Below, in pieces: positions 37,777 to 50,342 of a stretch of DNA of 50,431 nucleotides. Position numbers and translations under genes: made by a program. The notes under the pieces are model-generated. The model saw only the letters and a list, made by a program, of their open reading frames with translations. It had not been told where the DNA came from and made no database searches. Position 1 is the stretch's first letter, and every line of letters begins with the position of its first letter. Source of the DNA: Catajapyx aquilonaris (lineage: Eukaryota); the NCBI GenBank assembly GCA_000934665.2, contig KZ537991.1:124001-174431 (forward strand), given 5' to 3'.

Positions 37777-40700
37777 ATTAAAATACTGCGACGTGACATA
37801 CAATATTCTTTTTTCTGAATTAAGTTTACTCCTTTCTTCCTTCACTGTCCACACACAAAAAAAACTTGAAAAAATGTAATAAAAAGTAGGTGTCCCAAGA
37901 GGTGTGATAGTTAACTTGGGGTAAATGCGGTTCCTAATTTTGGTTTGAATTCATGACACGTTTATTGATAATAAAATCCATCGTTCTATGCCAGTTAAAG
38001 GACTGCATAAATGTTTCATGGCTCGATTTCCAGCCGCGATTGATCATTAATAGCATTTTTTTCAATAAATTTAATGCGTTACGCTGGTCATAAATTAATA
38101 ATTTTCTCCGATTTAGCAGTTCTCACTTTTATTGCTCGTAACCGCCAGGAAATCATTCAGGGCAAGCCCAATCCTTCCGTATATTTTCCCCAGAGCCGCG
38201 TTAAATGTCCCGTGCATGTAACGTGCTAAAAACCTTCTCTCTTTTTACCTCCCTTGCATTACTCGCTGTGCAAAACGTCTTCATTACGCGACAGCCAGCT
38301 CCAAAATCTTCTTTATGCAATTGGCTTGCTTTTCCTCGCATCTCTCGCCTCCATCATGCAAATTTTATCACTTACACTGCCCCTGTAGTACAAACACTTT
38401 CCCTCACTGAGCATCTCACAGCATTTGCTGCAAAATGGAGTCCCCCCCGCATTTCAATGTTAATTTCTGAGAGAGAAACTGGGTCTAATTTTCTGCTTTT
38501 TTTTACTTTTTAAAAAAGGCGAACAAGTGGCGCCGTTCTGTCAGAGTGTGTGACACCCTGCAGAAGTCCGGCGGATTCCCCCCAGAAACCCATCCAAAAA
38601 GGAAGGTTTTTTTCCGCCGTTCTAGGCAGAAATGGCCGTAAAGAAACCCTCATCCTTGGTTCATTAGCTTCCAACAGCTCTCTTTCCTACAGGCATTTAG
38701 TGCTCTAGCCGAAAAGGGAAAAGGTTCTTAAAAGATTTTTCCCCCCTCCCCCGTCTTGCTCCTTCGTCTTTTTCCACGTCCTCCATTTTTTTATCTTCTT
38801 CTTCTTCTTCTTCAGTCTTCTCTCCCTTGGCATCGGTCCATCCGTGGGGAATTTCTAAGCAACGCATCATTACGCACTGAAGCGGGCAGTCTGTCAAAAC
38901 TGTCACAACAATTGAGTAGGGGAGTGGAAGTGAACATTTCGCAGAATTGGGATCCTGTGCTCTGAGGAATCAAGGGAAAGGGGAGACAGAAGCAGAGGAA
39001 AAGAGACAAGAGTCAACCGAATTTACAGACCCCCCCTAGCGTGGGTCCCAGGGACACACCCATGGGGTCGTAATTCAAGGTTTTTGAAGCAGTGTGGTGA
39101 GAAGCCTCGCGACTTCTGCTGAGGGGGGTTTATAGCGTTGGAACTGTGTCGAGGGTGTATTGGGCGATTTGTCTTCGCAGAAATGCATTCGGACTGTGAA
39201 TCTTTCTGAAAGACGACTCTAAATCTGAGCCATTCGGATGGGTTCCACTGCAGTTTTTTTTCGGCCATGGACGTATCTAATCGCGAGAGAAACTGAGAGA
39301 AGACGTCTGACATGTGCTTTTGAATCATGCTCGATTTGCAGTGCAACGAATAGGTTTGTCAGATTCATATCTAGGGAATAGTACGACATTATGGACGAAA
39401 TGTTTATCCTCAACTGTTCCAACCTTATTTTGACACGACACTCTTTCCTGTACCTCTGATGACTCGTGTGGCCCATCCCAATTTTTTAATAAAAATTTTG
39501 ATGTCGGAAACAGGATTTCGTCCATATAGGACATCACAGTCTATAGACAATAATTTTGCTTTTTGCTCCAGTCACTATTCTGTGGATATCCTGAGCACCC
39601 TGTGATTAGAATGCAGCGAAAATCACTTACGGTACTGTAGGCAATCAATATTGAACGCAAGTGATGCACAATGTATTGAGCCTGAATGCTCATCCACATG
39701 GACTATGCTCTGTACAATACAAACACAAGCGCCTGCTAACAGCATGGAAAACAAGCCGTCTCAGTCAGAGCTTGTTGACATTTTGGGAGTTTCCCGTGGA
39801 AATCAAGTGAGCCGACTATTGTTATGCGTTTGTTTTGAACACCCCCCCAACAAGGAGAACTTTGCTTGTCTTCAGGGCCAACCGTTATGATTACTTCTGC
39901 GACAATCTTCAAAGAAAAGCTAACATAATCTCCCAAGACTTGATCATTTCTGCGGAACCATCCAATGCAAAGAAATGGCGTCTTAAAATTCCGCTTTGAC
40001 ATTTTCCCTCGGAATATTAAGCTATAACTGGAGGGAGATTGGTGGGGAAAGAGAGATTGGATAGGGAGAGAAGCCACACACAAGTTCATTTTCCTCTCTC
40101 TCTCTCTCCTCTCTTCTTTTTTTCTTCATTTTTTGGTAGGTGGGTGGAAGGGAGGAGGAGAAAGAAAAAAAAAATGTATAGATTCATTTTCCCAGAGTGA
40201 ACTGTAGAAATGCGAATATTTAGGGATGGACTTGGTTTCGCGGTGTAATTGAACACAGTCCCAGTAATCAATGCATGTAAAACGATACGTTGTTTCAGGC
40301 CATGTTGGGGATCAGTTGAACCGTACAATTTCCGATTGAATTCATATAGCTGTCAGTGTCATTCATATCCCAGGTTCAACGACCTTCCAATTTCACATGT
40401 ACAATTTTCCTGTTGTGCCTCAATTGGCCGTAATGATATTACATTACATAATTTCTGTGTCAACACTTGTGCTAATTGCGACGCTCCTTACGCTCCCGTA
40501 GAATATTGTGTTTGGCTGGCGCTTTAAAATTGAATTTGTACATTGCGAATTATTCATCGTTTTAAATGTGCAAACACTAGGGAGCATATATTTAAAAGCG
40601 TGTGTACCCAAAAAGCTATGTAAATTTCAGTTGATAAAGTGCACCACCAGCACTCTTCATCTGCATGATTGCAACATACATTTTTATCTCATAATAAGTG

Positions 40701-43236
40701 GTCAACAGGCAAAACAGGGCTTGTTTTGGCGCCAAAACGTCAGACACACGAGGCATTGGCAAGATCCGATTGTAAACACCACCTGTTCGCGACGCAATTG
40801 GTAATTCCACCGGACAAAATTTCTCACAAGGGGAGGCTGGCCACCTCTCGATTTAATATCAATCTCAAACGTGCACCTAATTAAATTGCGAAATTACGGT
40901 AGCTTTGCTCTTAATTAGCCCGTATAAATTATAATTCAGCAACAGTCTTTGATGCTTAATTAGGTGTGTGACAGCCGCATTTATACGACCACATGCTTAA
41001 GCCCCTACCCAAAACCACATGACTTCATACGCAGACATGTACAGGCAAACACCCAATTTTGAGAGGTGTTTCTTACACGCCACGAACAAAACCCATTAAC
41101 ACAGGCCAGCGTGTACTTTCCCTACAGCGGTCGTAATTAGCCCCTGCAATTGTTCAGTCGGTTTGAATTTCCAATTTGAGCCCGAGTATAGGGAAAAGGG
41201 AGTGCTATTCACACCCACGCACAGCACAGCACAGGACTACTCATAAGCGTCAGGGACATGGGGGTGAAAAAGCCATGGGAAAATGCAAATGACCCCGTTT
41301 GGCAATAGCCGGCAGACACCTAGAGGGCAAGAATTCCTGTTCAACCGAATCACTTCCACGCTGCCAAATCAATAGCCAGAGCTGGCAACACCGACCGCCC
41401 AAAAATAGTAGAGGGTATACCCCCTTATTAAACCTTCCTTTTAGGGGGCTACTTATCTCCACCGGGTTTTTAAGGGATTAAATATTAAGGGGGCCATCTG
41501 ATGCAACGAGGGTTTGGACACCCTTGTGGGCAGACACCCGCCCGGTTAACTTTTTAAATATTTAAAAAGCTGAGAGGACACCTAACGCCTTCATTACAGT
41601 AAAAGTTGGAAAGGGGGGGCCTTCCTCGAATTTATTTCNGGGGGGGGGGCTTCCTCGAATTTATTTCAAATATTAAGCGGAGTGAAGGGGGCTTCGTGGC
41701 TCCCAAAAATGTTCCGGACCATATGGCCTCATTGCTACAGTGTTCCTGGAGTAAACCTATTCCCACGTTGCAGACGAGACTGCGCCGAAAATGTAAGCGG
41801 AGGTTGATGCTCTAACTAACCACAAATCAACCCCGAAGCTTTAGGAGAAACGTTGCTAGAGTAAGCCACGGTGCCAGTTGTATAGCCTCTAGTTGCACCG
41901 GAAGTGTAAACAAAACAATTAGGTCAGTCCAGACTTAAAAAAAGCATTGATGGCAAACGATATCAACAAACTACATTGCTTGCCCTATACTATGTCATTA
42001 ACTTTCCGCTCACACTTCTCGGTGTAATACTGTACCGTAGTTGCCTCATGGCACATGCTACGGAAACATGCTGAGCACTGCACTCAACTCATTACCCTGA
42101 CTCGTACTAAACCCAATAGATCTCGTCCCCAATTCTTCAGTAGTTGGTCACAAAAAGGGGTTGTGGAAAAAAAAAAAATCTCTCGTCTCTGGGTCCCCAG
42201 GATAAGAGGCCCAATTTGTGTCTCAGCGACTGCCCGCCATTTGACGAGTCCGCAACTCTCAAAGTGGGTCGCAGAAAACGAGCTGAAAAGAGCTTCTGCA
42301 GGCTGCTGCAAAAAGCAAGTAACAAAAAAAGGAAGTCCACTCTGCTCCACTGCAAAATTTGGACAATTCAAGGTCGACCACGTGCTAAGATTAAAAACAA
42401 AAAAAACTAACTTACCGTCCGATGTGGACCCTTCCGCCTACACACTTGTCCTCCACATCACACCATGTGATCGAATAAAGTCTCTTTTAAACCCTATGGA
42501 AACTTATATGACGAGATGAAGGTTTTTTATATTTAAAAACTGGCCTAACCCGAGAGAGAGACCGCGGCCTTTCTGTCTAGGGGGCTGGCTGCTGTGAGGA
42601 CTGAGCCGCTTTTCCTAGCGCTGGTCCAGGCTTCGAATTTTCGACGGCGGAAGCGCTCGCTAGGATGCGCCCACGTCGACATCAACCCCCCCTTCTACCA
42701 ACCACTCACGACGCGACGACTCCCCCACATGAACCCTCCGATTTTCGGTGAGGGTTGGCAGAGAGGGGAGAAAACGCCATCGGGAATTAAAGGTCCATAC
42801 ACATGGTCATGCACTGCAATGGCGCCCAAGAAGAAAAAAAAAGGAGGAAAGGAAAAGCAAGAAGGCGCAAAGGGCCCGTGGAGCGTGAGGACCTTTTCCC
42901 TCCATCCCCCCCCCAAAAAAGGAGGAATCCGTCCGGAAAGGAGCAAGCTGACAAAAGGATCCCTGAGAGACGAATGCAGCCACGTGTTCAGCACACAAGT
43001 CCGATATTAAAATCAAACTCCGCCCTCTTCTCGGTAGGGGGGCTGCCTCCCCCACGAGACAAGGATAAGAGGGCGGGATGGGGGGAGAGAGAAAATATAT
43101 GTGTAATTGAAGATAGAGATTGCACTTTGACCCTGACGTCAAAAAAAAGGTCAAACGGTTGGCACCAATAATATGCAGATTTGAGGTAAGGCAACTGGAG
43201 CATCTGATGGAAATGACATGCGTGCAATGAAAAAAG

Positions 43237-43489
43237 GGCGACCCAAAATATATTGGGTCGCCGACATAGGGTTGCGGGGAAGGTCGAAAAAAATGAATAA
43301 AAATAAGGGAAAAGGAGGAGACAGAAATAAGGCAAAGAAGTGAAATTTCGGAGAGAAATTCATCTAAAATCCTGTACCCTGACGCCTGGTAATTAAAAAA
43401 TGGGGGAAAAATTGAAATTGGACCCGAGGGTTCATACGGGTCGCCAGGCCTATGAAAGGTTGTAGATATGGTTTGGTAGGGAACTACTG
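43237..43489 (+). mobile_element. Possible hAT (Charlie-like) relic, 3' portion
   Basis: Perfect 10-bp stem GGCGACCCAA/TTGGGTCGCC (43237-43262), a further GGGTCGCC at about 43438, and a terminus GGTAGGGAACTACTG resembling the GGTTGGGAACCACTG ends of Charlie-like elements. No matching 5' TIR or TSD found. Confidence 0.35.
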
Positions 43490-45942
43490 TTCTACAATGA
43501 AAGGCTGAAATGAAATGATAGGGTTCGTACAATTCAATATTTTTTTTTAAAAAATGAACTGCTCATAATGTGACTTACTGAGATAATAAAAATTTGTAAT
43601 GAAAGCGTACTGCACAGTTTGGGATTTGAATGGAAGTAGCATTTCATCCGGGAAATTATGACGTTTCATAACAGAGTTCGATTACCTCACAGCGACTGCT
43701 TCACCAGCAAAGGGCTTCATTTACGTACAACGAGCGTACTTATTAGGACCGAACTTGACGGGTGAGGTGGAGGGGGGGGGGGCTATTTACACTGCAAATG
43801 CATTTCAGGAGAACAATTCTGTGGCATGGAACATTTTGAGTCTCATCTTTTATGATGTGAGATAACATCTCATATTAAATATCAAGGAGATGTCAGACCA
43901 ACAATGCGATACTTTCCTCCTTGTTGTAACTAGCATGTCAAGCAGAACAATTGATAATTTAGGGCACGAAGCTTTAACACAGAGTGTTTCATCAATTCAA
44001 TAATACAGTATGAAAATGTACTATATGCCAGAATAGTGATTGCAAATATCTTTATGTAACTAAGTCGAAGTTTTTCTTTCATTTGCGTTCATGAAGCCGG
44101 CCCTAAGTTTACATCAAACCTCGCTAACTGCTAACTTCCATAGTAACAAAGCTAATTCCTAACTCCCAGTTCCTTCGACCCAGGCATGAGTTAGTACAAG
44201 TAGTTAAGAGTTAGAAGCAGTTAGAACTTGTACAGTTGCCCTTTGTTGCAATGCTGGAGTACAGAACCAATGGCAGCATTATTGCTCATTCTAAAGGCAT
44301 CTTCCTATAACCAATTCCACTGCTCATCTTAAAACCCGATTTTAAAATATGCATGTCGCCACTGTACCGAATAATTTCCAATCTTGAACCCTTGCACATC
44401 CAGGGCGAGAAAAAAGGGGGGCCGATACCGAAAAAAAGGTGCAATTTTGGACACAGCCGCGGTTTTGCTGCTCAGCTCGTCAATTGCATCGCAAAGTGCT
44501 ACATCTCCCGCAAGTTTCCGCCTGTACGACATCCCATTACAGCTCGAGCCCAAAACTTACTGTACTGTATATCACACCGATATTGGGACATCGAGCGGCA
44601 TAAGTTAAAGCGAAGGTGACACCAGCGCGCCTTCTGCGAGAGATGAAGCTTCCTCTTTTCGAATAAAAAAAAAAGAAATATGAAAAAAACGACCATACAC
44701 TTGATGATCCCAGGCGGCCTATAAAAATCAGATAGCCTCAAGCCCTTGATTCCAATTGAAGTGTGACCTTCACAGTAGGCTGTGCACACAAAATATTTTC
44801 ATGGGGAATAGTGAGGGGGAGAAGGTATACATTGGGGTGCAATATCGATCAGCAAGCCGTTGCATTAGGCTACACTTGGCGCTGTATATCAAAGAACGGA
44901 TATTAAAACAGCAGGAACCTTTCGAATAATCTAGATCGCGAAGGCCTCCCTCGAAAAGTAAAAAAAATAAAAATCGAGAGATTGCTTTAGACGCTGCGGA
45001 CCCCCTCTGGGGCTTTCCCCCATGCCCTACTTGCAAAGGGGAAAATTTATAAACCTTCGCCCAAGTGGGAAAGGAAATTCCGAGAAGGAAAAATATGTCC
45101 TGCGATCGTGATAGAAACGGATTATTTGCACTAAGTCAGGAGTGACGGCGGGCTATGCAGAGAAAACTAATTCGTTGCCACTCGCTGCATGCTTTTTTTT
45201 CCCCTTTAGGGGCCTCCATCCCGGAATGGTCACCCCCAAGCAGCAACGCAGAATATATATTACATCTGGCGTCGGAAATGGAATTTTTCTCGCATGGATG
45301 TGAAGCAGACTGCATCAAATGCCTCATATCGTGATAAGAGGAACCCCGTCGCTTTTGCGAAAAGGGACCTCGCGACACACAGAGGAACAAGGGAACAAAA
45401 ACACTTTTTTGCAAAAAGTCCGGTGTGTAATGCCTTGGCATAAAAGAACTGGAGAGCGCATTTCGCTGGTGTCGAATGCTGTACTATTGTTGGATGTACA
45501 GTGCAAGGGGATGGCTTTCATTTTGAATTACTGCAGTGTCGTAATACAGGGCTGTTGTACTGCCTCAATCCCACAGTTCAAGGAGTAAGTAGAGACGTTT
45601 ATGGATTTTACACTACAGCAAACTAGTTTAAAGAGAAGCAGCGAGCCAAAACTTCTTCTATTAAAGGCTAGAATGGAATGTACCGAGCATGGTAATAAAA
45701 CTAATAATTAACAAAAAAATTATCCCCATCCACGGGGTTACGGGTTAGCCACAAATTGCTCAAAAATAACAGACAAAAATACGAACGAATTTGGCATAGA
45801 AATGATCAGGATAAGGTAGTGCAAATCTACTGACTTCAAAATTGTCATAAACGGTCCATATTAATCCAAACTCTGGCACGATATACGCAACCTACAGTAC
45901 AAAATTTAATAAAAACAGACGACACATTCATCCCTCTTTTAG

Positions 45943-46067
45943 GGCCAGTTTCACCGAGTTCGGTATACGATAAAACCAGGTTTCTTTATGAAAAATCCCT
46001 ACATATTTGTATGGATTTTCAGAAAGAAACCTGGTTTTATCATATGCCGAGCTCGGTGAAACTGACC
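45943..46067. mobile_element. PIF/Harbinger-like MITE forming a near-complete 125-bp hairpin
   Basis: Arms of about 61 nt are reverse-complementary with 6 mismatches and 1 indel around a 4-nt loop. Termini are GGCCAGTTTCACC...GGTGAAACTGACC. Flanks TAG (45940-45942) and CAG (46068-46070) fit a once-mutated 3-bp TSD, as in PIF/Harbinger elements. Confidence 0.8.
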
Positions 46068-47968
46068 CAGACTTCATTCGAACTATGCAGTAAAAGCAGT
46101 GCTTACAAAATATTTAGCTAGTTTAACACCTCTTAGTAACAGTATATCAATCATAATATTATTACCTGCACTAAAAAAAGCCTCACTGCAGCAGTGTACA
46201 TCATAACTGTCAGCTATTCAAATATAAATAAAAAAATGCACCAAAATCGTGACTAAAATAACTCTCTGTAGTTGTTCTTAGTTTATCCCGAGTACATCAA
46301 GGTTTGGGAGCCGTAATACGATTGTCTAGATGGACTTGCACGATTGTAAAATTGCGTTCATAAATCATGGGCAGAAACGGCGGGGTTTGGGGGGTGTGGG
46401 GTGAAGGGATATAGATCTCGCGTTTTCAACGGCTGTTGTATGAATATCGGGGGAGGTTGCCTCCCCCCCCCCCCCCCCCCCCCTTTTGTCTACCCCCCTG
46501 TCCCCCTTCCNTACTAGGTGTGTGTCAGAGTTCGCCGTCTCTCTTTTTTTTATATGTTTTTCAAACTCGCGGACTCACTTTTTTTTTAGCGCCGTAAGTC
46601 ACACTCGGCGTGAACAGATCCAGAGCTCGCTTTTTTTTTTGCAGCTTGGGTCCGATTTTTATCTGCGTTCGCCTTCTGTAGTTGTCCGTCAAATTGGGTG
46701 TGAATTTCACACACGCTGTGTTTTAGCGCTGGTTGTCATGACGTGCAGGTTTGCAAGCAAAAAAAAAAACGGGAACGAAATTTCATCGCAGCTTTTGGCT
46801 ATAGTATACCCCCTGCCCGTGCAAATTGCGCCAACAATTTTCATGCAGTTGGGACCTGTCGCTTAAATCAGCAATATCTGCATGCAGTGGCCGACAGAGC
46901 TGATGTGTGGTTTCATTGCTGATCACTGCTGGGATATTCCTAACGTGTAAGATGAAACCGGGGTTAATCGGCGGTTCTTGGTAGCAATATAACCAAGGGC
47001 TTTTATCTTGCATTATATAAACCTTGCGCGTATCTTTTCAAACCACTTGACATTTTAATAACACCTGATAGTGTACTGAAGTACTTTTTTAAAATTATTA
47101 TTCAAAAAATATAACTTCGCATGACCTGGTACCTAACAGTGCTGTGAAGTCACAGCAAACTCTAATGAATGTTATGATATATTTTGCACATTGTGACTCT
47201 AGTAATTTCTAACCGTATACTTAAACTGTTACAGTGTCAACTATAAACAATCATTACTAACATTTCAATGTCATCAACAACAATTCTGCTAATTCTTACT
47301 TACGGTTTGAGAGCATGTGCATATATTCGCAAAGTACCTTTAATATCCCGCAAAACCTTATATAGGCCTACATTATAATTTCTCAGTCATAGTGCAGCCT
47401 ACTGACAGTTTACCTCGCGAAATAAGCGCAGAGTAATAGCTAATTGCCTAAAAGGAATCCAAGGACATACCGCCTACGCCATAGGCCTACAGTATGTTCT
47501 TGTTCATAATTATTACAAGTGAAGCAAGGCAAGTTCACTTTGTCTTCCATCATTGTGAACATGCTTCACTCTACTCGAACTTGCTGCGTAAGCAGCCTCC
47601 CAGCAGAGTTACTTGCTTCGACGAGGGGTATACGTGCAATAACATGCTCAATATTAAGATAGAGGACAATAGTAATCTGCATTTTCTTACCATGCCTGAG
47701 GCCTTCAGCGGGAAATCTGGGCTTCAGACATAACAGTGCAGATAATATGCAAATAAGCGCTGACTGTAGGCGAATCACTTTCTGCATAATTAGTAACTCG
47801 ATCCGGGCCTATTAGCCGCCAGAAACTTAATGACTGACCAGAAAGTACACTGTTTAGAGCAGTATTAAATAACATTAGAAATTGAAGTGTCTAAGAAGTT
47901 CTCAAACCCTCCAAGGGAGTTTGCAAGTTATGCAGTGTGCTACACCGTATATGACTTTTTTTTTTTTA

Positions 47969-48215
47969 CAAACTCAACCGAGTGCGCACCCACACTCGCC
48001 CAGCATTGTTTTTGATAACGTACTCTTCATGGACCAAAAATAATTCACACCCGTAGTCTCTGAGGTTCGTTCCAGAGATTTGGCAACGTCGCAAACGACC
48101 GCCATATTGTTTTCCCCAATCGTAGCGTTGGAAATAAGTGCAGCGTATACAGAGAGCTAACTAACTATCATTGATAATGCCAACTGTTCACGATGCGCGA
48201 ACTCGGTTGAGTGTG
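47969..48215. mobile_element. Decayed MITE with long imperfect TIRs
   Basis: Perfect 12-bp inverted repeat ACTCAACCGAGT (47972-47983)/ACTCGGTTGAGT (48201-48212). Symmetry continues inward (gcgca, gcatt, tgata, ctct blocks) for about 60 nt. No TSD recognised. Confidence 0.5.
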
Positions 48216-50296
48216 CGCAAAAATTCCTGGTCCTTATTGCAACTAGTTTCAAGAGAAGCAACTTGTTATAATAAGGAACAAAGCACGGACCAACAAGCTT
48301 TCTGGCCAACCAACCCTTGGACTCCGGGTTGAACACACATACCACTCAGACTACACGCATTCCATCTTGGCCGCGTCACCCACAATCCCCCAAGCCCCTA
48401 TAACCTATGCCTTTGGAGCATCCAATACCATTTCTCTTACGTTCCCGCGAGTGCCGTTTACTCATACGCCCAGTGTATATATTTCATCACGGCTAAGATA
48501 TCGACAAATGTTGGATTGGCTCCTTCTACTTGCATCGCTCCCTCCCTCCCCCTTTCTAAGGTCAATATTTGACAATCCGACCCGCCGCCCTCCCCAACTC
48601 GAGCCGATAGAAACAAAATATCACTTCGGTTAGCGGTATTATATGTACATACCAGTAGTACTAGTAGAAGCAGACCAGACAGTGTACCAGTTTGGGGGGG
48701 AAGGGTGGCCCCCGCTTGTATAGATCAGTCGGAATGGACCAGAAAAGCTGGGGTCAAGCTCCCATTTCCCGGGCCTTTGGGGACTTTCCGCCGTCTCAAT
48801 GCCCCATCTAATTTGACAGGGAATTGGAAGGAGGTAAGGAAAGAGCAAAAGAGAGGACCCCCAAAGGGTTAGTGTCGGGGGCCTGGATTTGAAATTTATG
48901 AAGCCTCAACCCCCCCACCTCTTCTCTCTCTAACCCAGAAGTAGGGTGGTGGTGGTAAAGGATAAACTCCAAGCCTGACCAATAAACCTCGCTTGTTCTC
49001 CTCATAAACAAAAAAGGAAAGGGTAATGGGCAAAATCGTGGGTTTGCTCTTCTCGTCTCTCTCGGCTCTTCTCATAGCCAGTTGCTTTGGCTCCTTCCTA
49101 ATAAACCAAAACACCATTAATGTACAATACTCAACAAAAAGAAAGGGATAAAGTCCGAAACCAGATGTCACACCTAGATGATGACGTAAATCGCGCCCCG
49201 TTTTCAGTCCGCAATAACGCGACTGAATGGCGTCCTCAATTTCAAGTGTCCCCAGCTTAATGTCTGGCATTGTACCTCCCACTTTCACAACATCCCTGCT
49301 CCCCACAAAAACGCGGGGTTAATGGACAAAATGTTGATTCTGCAAAGTCCACCCCCCCCCCCTCTCGCCATTTAAATTAACCAGACCCGGACTTGGGGTA
49401 TTATCAACCGCAATGACACGACCGGTCCACCTGTGTTGATTTTCTCCCCGCGCAATAACACAAAAGCCAACCCCCCATCTATAGCCCTTAACGCACCGGA
49501 ATAAACAGGGGTATAAAAACTCGTGGGGGTGACCACCAGGAATTTCAATCACAGTTATGTCATAATAAAGTGATCAAGGCCGCTGTCCCAAGACCATCAA
49601 GTGAATGCCACGTTGGATGAGGATCGTCCTATTATTCGGACACTGAATTGACTCAGATGCCACATTGACGCCCCCCTGGTTCCATTATCGGTTAATGACA
49701 CGTTCCCGGGATAGGCCAACCAAAATCTGGAATCGGCTGATCACTAATTGAAAACCAGGGGGGGTGATGCGATATTTCACGCCTTGCTCTGATACATCAT
49801 ATTATGTCTCTATCACACCCGCTGACTATCTGTATTTGTCCAGTGCGTAATCCCTTCTGCAGCACCCTCCCAGCTACTAACTGAACTCACCCTCTTGGAC
49901 TTGATTATATTAAAGTTAATTTGATTCCTTCCTCGTAATTAGGAGGGTGTGAGTAATACTAATTTATGCGGAGTATTTCACGCCAGGCCAATTTTCCTTT
50001 CGATTCCATTCCGTCCTCACAATGCCCGTTTGTACAACCCCCCCTCCTCTTATACATATCAAGAGGAATCTTGAAAGAGCTACATTACATTAACAGCTAA
50101 AAGTGTGGCTATTTAACAGTCGCGAATTAGCTCATATTGCAATGGGTGACGATAAAATTTGCACATAATATCATAATGGGGAACTAGCCTTCATTTTGGA
50201 AACTACATAATAAATTCGCCCATATTTTTTGGATTTTTTTGGCATATTCCGTTTTAAGATATCAGTTCCCGTTCCGGAGTAATTGGGGTTTTTATG

Positions 50297-50342
50297 TAGG
50301 GAAATGGTGACGTCACTGTTTCCCTAGAAAATGCTGACGTCA
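50297..50342. promoter_or_regulatory. Two full CRE motifs (TGACGTCA), the first centred in a 30-bp near-perfect palindrome; possibly part of a repeat element cut by the window end
   Basis: TAGGGAAAtgGTGACGTCACtgTTTCCCTA (50297-50326) pairs fully except for two G-T oppositions. TGACGTCA occurs at 50308-50315 and 50335-50342. Function is not demonstrated. Confidence 0.4.

Noticed and set aside
39390..39526. 12-bp inverted repeat TATGGACGAAAT/ATTTCGTCCATA; also an 11-bp IR at about 31167/31357 and a 10-bp IR at about 1681/1839
   Set aside because: Length and spacing are near chance expectation for 50 kb, there are no TSDs, and extension is limited.
41613..41667. Direct duplication G7-10(C)CTTCCTCGAATTTATTTC on either side of an N
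   Set aside because: The copies flank a single N (41639) at a poly-G run, so this is almost certainly an unmerged contig overlap rather than biology.
16359..41767. Four CGTGGGAA Su(H)/CSL sites (16359, 25788, 35859, 41760)
   Set aside because: They are dispersed, none forms a paired site, and the excess over chance is slight.
42416..42493. 78-nt minus-strand segment with a good acceptor (tttccatag) and donor (GTAAGT)
   Set aside because: Stop codons occur in all three frames, so it could only be a non-coding exon, which cannot be supported without RNA data.
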